Below are positions 8,334 through 16,302 of a stretch of 25,361 bases of DNA, in pieces. The stretch spans positions 4,323-29,683 of the forward strand of contig CAYZUY010000009.1 in NCBI GenBank assembly GCA_964481495.1, read 5' to 3'. The notes below the pieces were generated by a model that ran no database searches, had not been told where the DNA came from, and saw only the letters and a list, made by a program, of their open reading frames with translations. The DNA is from an uncultured bacterium. Its GTDB lineage: Bacteria > Cyanobacteriota > Cyanobacteriia > Synechococcales > Synechococcaceae. How positions within the stretch are numbered: position 1 is the first letter of the stretch; every line of letters starts with the position of its first letter. Position numbers and translations under genes: made by a program.

Positions 8334-8410
8334 GGCACGATACCCATGCTTGCCTCCCGATTCTGGCTCCGGGGTAAGGCGATCGCCCAGGGCTGGCGCA
8401 CATTTTTTAA

Positions 8411-10972
8411 CTAACCGGCGAAGATATCCAGCTGGCCGCTGTCGGCCGCCCGCTGGCGGCGCCGGGGCTGGGGCAGCGGCGGCAGATCCGGCGTCTGTCC
8501 CTTGCGCAGGCCGACCGCAATGCGGCTGTGCTGCTCGATCTGCCCCATCACCTGCCGGGCCCGCTCGATCACCGTGGCGGGCAGACCCGCCAGCCGCGCC
8601 GCCTCGATGCCGTAGGAGCGGTCGGCACCGCCCGCCTGCACCTGATGCAGGAAGACGATCCGATCCGGCAGTTCCTTCACCGTCACCTGGAAGTTGGCGA
8701 CGTTGCTCAGCAGCGAGGCCAGCTCATTCATCTCGTGGTAGTGGGTGGCGAAGATGGTGCGGGCCCGCAGCTCCGCCGCCAGATACTCGGCCACCGACCA
8801 GGCGATGGAGAGACCGTCGAAGGTGGCGGTGCCCCGGCCGATCTCGTCGAGCAGCACCAGAGAGCGATCGCTGGCGTGGTTGAGGATATTGGCCGTCTCG
8901 TTCATCTCGACCATGAAGGTCGACTGGCCCGTCGCTAGGTCGTCCACAGCCCCCACCCGGGTGAAGATGCGATCGCAGATCCCCAGCCGGGCCGAGCGGG
9001 CGGGTACGAAGCTGCCCACCTGGGCCATCAGCTGAATCAGTCCCAACTGCCGCAGGTAGCAGCTCTTGCCGCTGGCATTGGGACCGGTGAGCACGATCAG
9101 GTCCGGGGACTCGGCACTGCCCTCACCCAGCTGGGCGCCATTGGGCACGAAGAAGCCGCTGGGCAGCGACTGCTCCACCACCGGATGGCGGCCGTCGGCG
9201 ATCGTAATCCCGCGATCCTCGGTCATCTCCGGGCAGCAGTAGTTCTGGTAGACCGCCACCTCCGCCAGACCCGCCAGCACATCGGCGGCGGCGATCGCCT
9301 GGGCCACCCGCCGGATTGCCTCGGCCTCGGCGCCAACCTCGTCCCGCAGGGCCGCGAAAATGCTGTATTCCAGCTGGTTGAGATCGCTCTGGACACTGAG
9401 GATGCGCGACTCGCGCTCCTTCAGATCCGGCGTGATGAACCGCTCCTCATTGGTCAGGGTCTGGCGGCGGATGTAGTGGTCGGGCACCTGGGCCGCCTTG
9501 GCCCGGCTGATGCTCAGGTAGTAGCCGAAGGTCTTGCTGTAGCCCACCTTGAGGGTGGTGATCCCGGTGGCGGCCCGTTCACTGGCTTCCAGGTCCGAGA
9601 TCCACTGCTCGTCGTCCTCGACCCGCTGGCGCAGGGCATCCAGTTCGGGGCTGACTCCCGCCCGGATCAGGCCCCCCGTGGTGAGGTAGGGCGATCGCGC
9701 CTGGGCCGCCAGCGCCGCCAGTTCCGGCAGCTTCAGCAGCGAGTCCGCCAGGGCAACGAGATCACGGGCATTGGCCGTGCCGGACCCCGCCCGTCCGGTC
9801 AGCCGCTCAAGGTCGTAGATCTGCTTGAGCAGAGCCCGCAGTTCCTGGCGCAGCCAGCCATCGTCCACCAGTTCCCGGATCGTCTGCTGGCGGGCCTCAA
9901 TCCCCACTCGGCTGAGCAGGGGCTGCAGCAGCCAGCGGCGCAGAGCCCGCCCCCCCATCGTGGTGACGGTCTGATCGAGAGCCCAGAGCAGCGACCCGTG
10001 GAAGCTGCCATCCCGCTGGGTCTGGGTGATCTCGAGATTGCGGCGGGTCTGGTGGTCGAGCACCAGATACTCGCCCAGATAGTAGGTGCTCAGGGGCAGC
10101 AGCGAGACCGGCGTTTCCTTCTGGGTCGCCTCCAGATACTGCAGCAGTCCCCCCGCCGCCCGGATCGCCAGCTTCAGGGTCTCGCAGCCGAAGCCTTCGA
10201 GCGATCGCACCCGGAACCGTTCCTGCAGCCGCTGGCGCGCCTCCACCGGATCGAAGGGTGTCTGGGGCCGCAGCGTGTAGCAGAACTGGCGCGGCAGAAA
10301 CTCCGGCAGGTAATCGCTCGGTTCACCGGGGCGCAGCAACCCCACCCGATCCGGGCTCGACACCGGGAAGAGTACCTCCGAGGGCTGCAGCCGGTAGAGC
10401 TCCTGCACCAGCACCTCCAGACCCTCGTGCTGGCTGGTGAGGAATTCGCCGGTGGAGATGTCGGCGATCGCCAGCCCCCACTGCTGCCCCGACCAGACCA
10501 CCGCCGCCAGATAGTTATTGCGGCGGGCGTTGAGCATTCCCTCCTCGAGGATGGTGCCGGGGGTGATGATCCGGGTCACCTCCCGCTTCACCAGCCCCTG
10601 GGCTTGGGCTGGGTCCTCCACCTGATCGCAGATGGCGATCGCGTAGCCCTTCTCCACCAGCTGAGCACAGTAGCGATCGAGGGCATGGAAGGGGATGCCC
10701 GCCATCGGCACCCGACCAATCTCCTTGCCCGCATCCTTACTGGTCAGCACCAGCTCCAGTTCCCGGGCCACGGTGATCGCGTCCTGGAAGAAGCATTCGA
10801 AGAAATCCCCCATCCGGTAGAGGAGGATCTGCTGCAGATGCTGGTCCTTCACCTCCGCCCAGTGACGCATCATCGGCGTCAGAATCTCCGGCGGCACCTG
10901 ACGGTGATCGGCATAGCGAACTTCGTGCTTGGCCAGGCGTTCCGGCAGGCCGGTTTCGGCGGGCGAGGTCAT
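8411..10972 (-). CDS. mutS: DNA mismatch repair protein MutS (MutS1), with an apparent internal in-frame deletion
   Basis: GDFFECF mismatch-binding motif, [16 protein letters not shown], Walker [37 protein letters not shown]. Confidence 0.96.
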   Translation of the reverse strand: MTSPAETGLPERLAKHEVRYADHRQVPPEILTPMMRHWAEVKDQHLQQILLYRMGDFFECFFQDAITVARELELVLTSKDAGKEIGRVPMAGIPFHALDRYCAQLVEKGYAIAICDQVEDPAQAQGLVKREVTRIITPGTILEEGMLNARRNNYLAAVVWSGQQWGLAIADISTGEFLTSQHEGLEVLVQELYRLQPSEVLFPVSSPDRVGLLRPGEPSDYLPEFLPRQFCYTLRPQTPFDPVEARQRLQERFRVRSLEGFGCETLKLAIRAAGGLLQYLEATQKETPVSLLPLSTYYLGEYLVLDHQTRRNLEITQTQRDGSFHGSLLWALDQTVTTMGGRALRRWLLQPLLSRVGIEARQQTIRELVDDGWLRQELRALLKQIYDLERLTGRAGSGTANARDLVALADSLLKLPELAALAAQARSPYLTTGGLIRAGVSPELDALRQRVEDDEQWISDLEASERAATGITTLKVGYSKTFGYYLSISRAKAAQVPDHYIRRQTLTNEERFITPDLKERESRILSVQSDLNQLEYSIFAALRDEVGAEAEAIRRVAQAIAAADVLAGLAEVAVYQNYCCPEMTEDRGITIADGRHPVVEQSLPSGFFVPNGAQLGEGSAESPDLIVLTGPNASGKSCYLRQLGLIQLMAQVGSFVPARSARLGICDRIFTRVGAVDDLATGQSTFMVEMNETANILNHASDRSLVLLDEIGRGTATFDGLSIAWSVAEYLAAELRARTIFATHYHEMNELASLLSNVANFQVTVKELPDRIVFLHQVQAGGADRSYGIEAARLAGLPATVIERARQVMGQIEQHSRIAVGLRKGQTPDLPPLPQPRRRQRAADSGQLDIFAG

Positions 10973-12600
10973 GGTGCAGGGGGTAGGCCGTAGGGCCAGC
11001 GGTAGGGCTGAACCATCTTCTCAGCCCGGTAGACGCGGATGCGCATCACCACCTCCCCGTTCCGGCGCAGGGGCAGCTCCGTCAGGTAGGTGAGGGACCG
11101 GAACAGCGGCGTGAGTTCCCGCAGACTGTTGCCCTGGAGCTTGGCCGTGGTCAGGAACAGACCCGAGCGTCCCAGCCAGTCCTCGGGCCGGGACCAGAAG
11201 GCGAAACCGCGCGGGTCCTGACTGAAGGTGGTGATCGGCAGTCGCCGGATCGGGTCGAGGCCGAGGGCGTACTGACCCGCCAGCATGTAGTCGTTGGTGA
11301 ACAGGAAGTCGCTGCGCTGCAGCACCGCCATGAACTGCGGGTTGGCCCGGGCCGCCGCCGTCAGCCGCTCCGGCGGAAACAGCTCGACGGAGGTGTCGCA
11401 CTGCACCGGCAGCAGCTGCCACCAGGGGCGCGGCGGCGGCTGGCAGCCCCCCGGCGGCTCCAGGGTAAGGGCGGGCAGCAGGGTGCGGGTGCCGGGCACC
11501 TGGGCAACGCCGTCGCGGATGTGCAGAACGGCCAGGGTGCCGAGTCCGCCGACCAGCGCAGCGGTGGAGCCCAGCCAGAGAATCAGACCACGCCGATGCT
11601 GCTGGCCCCAGTCCGCCGCTGCCACCCCCAGCAGGGGCAGCAGACTCCAGTAGCCGGGCATCGGCCAGGAGGGCAGCACCCGCATCTTGCCGCCGAGCAG
11701 GGTGAAGCCCACCGCAATCGGCAGACCCAGCCAGAGCAGCAGTGCCCGACGATCAGCCTCGTCCGGGCGGTAGCGACCGCGCACCAGACCCAGCACATTG
11801 CCGACGCTCACCCAGGCCAGGGGCAGGCTGATCGTCGGGAAAAGCATGCCCCAGTGTTCACCCAGCAGCCCCAGCACCCGCAGCAGGTCGTAGCTTTCGG
11901 GAGTGTTCACCCGCCCGCCCTGGAATCGGAAGGAAATCCAGTCGTGGTGGATATTCCAGCCCCAGAGAGGGGCGCTGGTGAACGCGGTGGCAGCCAGGGC
12001 CGCCAGCAGCCAGGGGCTGGTGACCAGGCCCCGGAAGCGGGGTCGGGTCAGGCAGAAGCCCAGGACGCCACCGCCCAGCAGCAGCCCGTAGTACTTGCCC
12101 AGGGTCGCCAGACCCAGCAGCACCCCGAAGCCGACCATCCAGGGGCCAGGGCGGACCGGGCCGGAGCGTCCGAAGCAGCGCTCTGCCAGCAGCCACATCC
12201 CCGCCGACCAGAACAGCATCAGCGGGCCGTCAGGCTGGTCGAGAATCCCGAAGACCGCGAACAGCACCGGTGTCAGGGCCGCCAGGGCCACGGTCATCAC
12301 CCCGGCCCGGTCGCCGAACAGCCGCCGCGCCGTCAGGCCCAGCATCACCTGGGAGCCACAGAACATCAGCAGGGTGGCCAGCCGCAGGGTCAGGGGTGTC
12401 GCCACCCCGGTCAGGGCCGGACCCAGCGCACTGCCGATCGCCACCCCCAGCGGGTGGTCGAAATAGCTCCAGTCGGGGTGGTGCGTGTAGAGGTAGTAGT
12501 AGGCTTCGTCGTAGCCCGGAGGCAGCAGGACGGCGATCGCCAGCCGGAAGAGCAGACTGCCGATCACCCAGATCAGCGTCCAGGACCAGAAACGGTTCAA
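10969..12600 (-). CDS. GT39/ArnT (PMT-like) membrane glycosyltransferase
   Basis: [26 protein letters not shown], many TM helices. Start uncertain; TTG 12600 has GGAG upstream. Its stop overlaps the mutS ATG (ATGA). Confidence 0.88.
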   Translation of the reverse strand: MNRFWSWTLIWVIGSLLFRLAIAVLLPPGYDEAYYYLYTHHPDWSYFDHPLGVAIGSALGPALTGVATPLTLRLATLLMFCGSQVMLGLTARRLFGDRAGVMTVALAALTPVLFAVFGILDQPDGPLMLFWSAGMWLLAERCFGRSGPVRPGPWMVGFGVLLGLATLGKYYGLLLGGGVLGFCLTRPRFRGLVTSPWLLAALAATAFTSAPLWGWNIHHDWISFRFQGGRVNTPESYDLLRVLGLLGEHWGMLFPTISLPLAWVSVGNVLGLVRGRYRPDEADRRALLLWLGLPIAVGFTLLGGKMRVLPSWPMPGYWSLLPLLGVAAADWGQQHRRGLILWLGSTAALVGGLGTLAVLHIRDGVAQVPGTRTLLPALTLEPPGGCQPPPRPWWQLLPVQCDTSVELFPPERLTAAARANPQFMAVLQRSDFLFTNDYMLAGQYALGLDPIRRLPITTFSQDPRGFAFWSRPEDWLGRSGLFLTTAKLQGNSLRELTPLFRSLTYLTELPLRRNGEVVMRIRVYRAEKMVQPYRWPYGLPPAP

Positions 12601-12855
12601 GCGGGTCTCTCCTGCGGGGACGGCTGCGGCAGATCCGGCCCGGGCCAACGCTTTCCAACCCCTGCCGCCAACACTGCTTTCACGAGTTTGTGGGATGATG
12701 GCGGGTACGGTCCACCTCTCAGGTGTACCATAGGGCGAATTTTCCCCCTGAAAACAATTTCAGGGTCTGCCGGTCTGCTCCGCCCGCGGTTTCAGAACCC
12801 CGGCAGAGGGTGTATCGGTTCTGTCCATCTGCTGCTTTCTTGGGAGAACGAGACG

Positions 12856-13044
12856 ATGGTGATTCTGTTCCAGCTCGCGCTGCTGCTGCTGGTCGTCATG
12901 TCCTTCGTGATGATCGTCGGTGTGCCGGTCCTCTACGCCAGCAACGGCGATCGCGTCCAGTCCAACCGCCTGATCCTGATTGGCGGTCTGGTGTGGACGG
13001 CCATGGTGATCCTGGTCGGCACCCTCAACTACTTCGTCGCCTAG
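12856..13044 (+). CDS. psbZ: Photosystem II reaction centre protein Z
   Basis: 62 aa, two TM helices, [29 protein letters not shown]...[10 protein letters not shown]. Hidden at the 3' end of ORF-track entry 11521..13044. Confidence 0.96.
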   Translation: MVILFQLALLLLVVMSFVMIVGVPVLYASNGDRVQSNRLILIGGLVWTAMVILVGTLNYFVA

Positions 13045-13060
13045 GACCTCAGCAAAGCAG

Positions 13061-13552
13061 ATGGCGGTTTTCGAAGGACGCTTCACCGGCGCCCACCAGC
13101 AGCGCTTTGCCCTGGTGATTGCCCGGTTCAACGATCTGGTGACCGAGAAACTCGTGGCCGGTTGCCAGGATTGCCTGAAGCGCCACGGTGTCGATCCCGA
13201 CCCCCAGGGCGCACAGGTGGACTATGCCTGGGTGCCGGGGAGTTTCGAGCTGCCCCTGGTGGCGAAGCGCATGGCCGCCAGCGGTCGCTACGACGCCGTC
13301 ATCTGCCTGGGGGCCGTGATCCGCGGCGACACCCCCCACTTCGACTACGTCTGTGCCGAGGCCGCCAAGGGTGTGGCTGCCGCCAGTCTGCAGACCGGCG
13401 TGCCGATCGTCTTCGGGGTGCTGACCACGGACACGATGCAGCAGGCGCTGGAGCGAGCCGGGATCAAGAGCAATCTCGGCTGGAGCTACGCCATGAGTGC
13501 GCTGGAGATGGCCAGCCTGATGGGCGAACTGCCCGCCGTCAGTCCGGCCTGA
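13061..13552 (+). CDS. ribH: 6,7-dimethyl-8-ribityllumazine synthase
   Basis: [39 protein letters not shown]. Confidence 0.97.
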   Translation: MAVFEGRFTGAHQQRFALVIARFNDLVTEKLVAGCQDCLKRHGVDPDPQGAQVDYAWVPGSFELPLVAKRMAASGRYDAVICLGAVIRGDTPHFDYVCAEAAKGVAAASLQTGVPIVFGVLTTDTMQQALERAGIKSNLGWSYAMSALEMASLMGELPAVSPA

Positions 13553-13573
13553 AAACTTTCTGAAGCAGCGGGG

Positions 13574-13602
13574 TTGACAGAGCCCCGAATCTCTGGAAAG
13601 AT
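13574..13602 (+). promoter_or_regulatory. Sigma70-type promoter for tRNA-Gly
   Basis: TTGACA (13574-79), 17 nt, then TGgAAAGAT (extended -10-like; hexamer 13597-602), about 50 nt upstream of the tRNA. Confidence 0.6.
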
Positions 13603-13654
13603 AAAACCTGTCCGAAAGCGAGAGACACCGAAGGGTGACGCCGCTGAGGGACAT

Positions 13655-13726
13655 GCGGGTATAGCTCAGTGGTAGAGCGTCACCTTGCCAAGGTGAATGT
13701 CGCGCGTTCGAATCGCGTTACCCGCT
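13655..13726 (+). tRNA. trnG: tRNA-Gly (GCC); CCA not encoded
   Basis: Cloverleaf: acceptor GCGGGTA/TACCCGC, D arm GCTC/GAGC, anticodon stem TCACC-TTGCCAA-GGTGA, T loop TTCGAAT; 72 nt. Confidence 0.98.
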
Positions 13727-13741
13727 TCCTGAATCCTCCGG

Positions 13742-13777
13742 ATGGGTTGTCAACGCTGTTGGCAGCCCATAATTTTT
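13742..13777 (+). terminator. Intrinsic terminator after tRNA-Gly
   Basis: 13-bp stem ATGGGTTGTCAAC-GCT-GTTGGCAGCCCAT (two G-U pairs) followed by AATTTTT. Confidence 0.75.
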
Positions 13778-13831
13778 GAGATACCTCTGTCCGCCTCCCG
13801 AGGAGGCGCAGTTCGCCCCCGGGCGATCGCT

Positions 13832-15100
13832 ATGACTCTCCCGTCACCCCCCGCAGCCTCCGACATCGCGGCCAGTGTCTATCAGGCCTACCAGGCGGCA
13901 TCCCAGCTGGGCCAGACCCGCCCGGTCGACCGCAGCCGTCTGCTGCACCAGATGGCCGATGCCCTGGAAGCCGCCTTCGATGACATCCTCGAGGCCAACA
14001 CCCTCGACCTTGAGGCCTGCCAGGACCAGGAACTCTCACCGCTGATCTGCCGCTGGGTGAAGCTGACGCCACTGCGGCTGGAGCGCACCCGGGACATCCT
14101 GCGCAAGCTGGGCGATCGCACCGACCCGATCCAGCAGGTGATGCGGGCCAGCTTCCAGCAGGAACACAGCCAGACCTACAGCCAGCTGATGCCCCTGGGC
14201 GTAATCGCCTTCATCCACGAGGCCCTGCCAGAGCTGGGGGCGATCGCCGCCGGGCTCTGCCTGCGGGCCGGCAACAGCATCGTCCTCCACGGCACCCCCG
14301 AGGCCCGTCACTCCAACAGCGCCATCACCCAGGCGCTGCTCCAGGCACTGGAGGACGGCGGGGCCCCCCGGGGCGCCCTCACCTGCATCGAGGGCCGCTG
14401 GCCCGAGAGCGTCCAGGAACTGGTCACCCAGGACCTGTGGGTGGACATGGTGATTCCCTACGGTCGCCCCTCCCTGGTGCAGGAGGTGGCCCGCCAGGCC
14501 ACAGCGCCGGTCCTGCGGACCTGCATGGGCAACTGCTACCTCTACTGGGCAGCCAGCGGCAGTCAGGATCTGGTGCGATCCCTGGTGGTGGACAGCCACG
14601 CCAGCGAGCCGGACGCGGTCAACGCGATCGAGAAGGTGCTGATCTGCCGCGATGTCAACCGCAGCAGCATCGACCTGCTCTGCGACGGCCTGCGGGAGAA
14701 GGGCTTCCGCATCCGGGCCGATGAGGCCCTGCGCGAGGAACTGCCGGACCTGGAACCGCTGCACGAACGGGACTGGTCCCACTCCTTCCTCGATAAGACC
14801 GTCGCCCTGAAACGGGTGTCGGGCTCGGAGGAGGCAATCAACTGGATCAACCACCACAGCAGCGGCCATGCCGACGTGGTGGTGACCGAATCCTACGCCG
14901 AGAGCCGCGTCTTCTCGACGGGCCTGCGCAGTGCCCTGGTGCACATCAACGCCTCCCCCCGATTCAGCCGCAACCCCCGCGAGAGCAGCGAGGTGGTGCT
15001 GGGCATGACCAACCAAAAGGGCTATCGCCGCGGTCGCATCGGCCTCGAGAACCTGACCACGATCAAGCAGGTGGTGCTGGGGCTGGAGCGGGAACGCTGA
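13832..15100 (+). CDS. Gamma-glutamyl phosphate reductase paralogue (ProA-like), catalytic Cys absent
   Basis: ILEANTLDL, PLGVIAFIHE, LRAGNSIVL, IPYGRPSLV, AINWINHHSSGH, INASPRF, GLENLTTIK. Start moved to ATG 13832. Confidence 0.88.
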   Translation: MTLPSPPAASDIAASVYQAYQAASQLGQTRPVDRSRLLHQMADALEAAFDDILEANTLDLEACQDQELSPLICRWVKLTPLRLERTRDILRKLGDRTDPIQQVMRASFQQEHSQTYSQLMPLGVIAFIHEALPELGAIAAGLCLRAGNSIVLHGTPEARHSNSAITQALLQALEDGGAPRGALTCIEGRWPESVQELVTQDLWVDMVIPYGRPSLVQEVARQATAPVLRTCMGNCYLYWAASGSQDLVRSLVVDSHASEPDAVNAIEKVLICRDVNRSSIDLLCDGLREKGFRIRADEALREELPDLEPLHERDWSHSFLDKTVALKRVSGSEEAINWINHHSSGHADVVVTESYAESRVFSTGLRSALVHINASPRFSRNPRESSEVVLGMTNQKGYRRGRIGLENLTTIKQVVLGLERER

Positions 15101-15119
15101 CCGGCCCCGGCCCTCGGGC

Positions 15120-15644
15120 TCAGCCCGTCGCTTCCGCGGTCACCGAGGTCGGCAGCTGGGCCAGGGGCCGATTATGGAGCACCATCGTCGTGGTGTCGTT
15201 CACCTGGAAGCCGACCCGCTCGTAGAAGCTCTGCTTGTGGGTGGTCATCAGGTAGACCCGCTCGACGTGGCAGACCACCGGGTGACTGAGGACGGTTTCC
15301 ACCAGCTTGCGGCCGATACCGGCGCCCTGGAAGTCAGGATGGACGATCACATCCCAGATGGTGGCTCGGTAGACCCCATCGGACGTAGCCCGGGCGAAGC
15401 CCACCAGCCGCTGGCCGGTCCAGGCGGTGACAACGGGTTCACTGCGGGAAATGGCCCGCTGCAGATCGGCGAGGCTGCGGTCCTGGGCCCAGAAGGCGGT
15501 GAGGCGGAACAGTTCCTGCAACTGCGGGTAGTCGAGGCTGCGGGGCTGGGCCAGGCCGGGGCGTCGTCGCACCGGTCGCAGCTCTGCCTTGCCCTGGAGT
15601 TGGTCAGGGGTATGGATACAGAACTCGAACGGAGCGTTGGTCAT
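15120..15644 (-). CDS. GNAT-family N-acetyltransferase
   Basis: LVGFARATSDGVYRATIWDV, acetyl-CoA motif VHPDFQGAGIG, FYERVGF. Confidence 0.92.
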   Translation of the reverse strand: MTNAPFEFCIHTPDQLQGKAELRPVRRRPGLAQPRSLDYPQLQELFRLTAFWAQDRSLADLQRAISRSEPVVTAWTGQRLVGFARATSDGVYRATIWDVIVHPDFQGAGIGRKLVETVLSHPVVCHVERVYLMTTHKQSFYERVGFQVNDTTTMVLHNRPLAQLPTSVTAEATG

Positions 15645-15795
15645 GACAACCTCGACGCGGAGGGACGGATTCAGGTCAGCGCTGGGTGTTTCTACTCAAT
15701 CTCGAACGGCGCTCATTTCAGCATAGGGTGATGGCCCGGCTTTTGACTGCGCGCCGGGCGCTATTCTGGTGCCACTGTGCCTGGTGCCCGGACCG

Positions 15796-16287
15796 ATGTC
15801 TGCCCGCCGTTTCCCCTGGCTGCTCTCGCTGCTGATCTGCGGCTGTCTGCTGCTGGGCAGCGGCCTGGAGCGCAGTCTCGCCCGCACGCTCCCCACGGTC
15901 GACCCGGTGCCGGAACGCTTCGCTCTCGGTCAGCAGCTCTACCTCGAAGCCTGCGCCCGCTGCCACCCGGGGCTGCCACCGGAGGTGCTGCCCACCCAGG
16001 CCTGGCAGATTCTGCTGCGGGAACCGGATCACTTCGGCGTGACGCTGCCGCCCCTGGATGCCGCCAGCCGCACCACCATCGGCAACTACCTCAAGGCCTT
16101 CTCGCTGCCCGCCGAGGAGAAGGAATCGAAATCCCTGCTGGTGGCCCGCTCCCGCAGCTTCCGGGCCCTGCACCCCCGGATCAGCTTCCGGGAGCCGGTG
16201 CACGCCACCACCTGCGTCAGCTGCCACCCCGGGGCGCCACGCTTCGACTACCGCAGCCTCAGTCCCGGCTGGGAAGACAGCCCCTGA
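15796..16287 (+). CDS. Diheme cytochrome c (DHC family)
   Basis: Signal or anchor peptide, two heme motifs CARCH and CVSCH, LPPEVLP...W...HFG pattern. Confidence 0.88.
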   Translation: MSARRFPWLLSLLICGCLLLGSGLERSLARTLPTVDPVPERFALGQQLYLEACARCHPGLPPEVLPTQAWQILLREPDHFGVTLPPLDAASRTTIGNYLKAFSLPAEEKESKSLLVARSRSFRALHPRISFREPVHATTCVSCHPGAPRFDYRSLSPGWEDSP

Positions 16288-16302
16288 GGCTGACCCAGCG
16301 CC

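Noticed and set aside
8145-8414. 89-aa plus-strand ORF between hup and mutS
   Set aside because: Exact antisense of the 65-aa ORF; starts right after the strong hairpin with no promoter or ribosome-binding site.
9185-10993. 602-aa plus-strand ORF antisense to mutS, and similar long antisense ORFs (22126..23703, 14036..15016, 17867..19099, 6658..7626, the upstream part of 11521..13044)
   Set aside because: Codon-aligned shadows of real high-GC genes with no recognisable motifs. Only the last 62 codons of 11521..13044 (psbZ) are real.
12715-12850. Possible FMN riboswitch upstream of ribH (fragments AGGGC, GCCCGCG, TGGGAGAA)
   Set aside because: The conserved FMN aptamer core and its five-stem layout are absent; matches are short and psbZ intervenes. 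Kept only as a generic structured leader.
13605-13654. Possible structured tRNA leader (CACC-GAAG-GGTG, TGTCC/GGACA)
   Set aside because: Stems of only 4-5 bp, expected by chance at this GC content.
13655-13830. tRNA-Gly as an integration site
   Set aside because: No integrase, no duplicated tRNA 3' end seen elsewhere in the window, and no compositional shift downstream.
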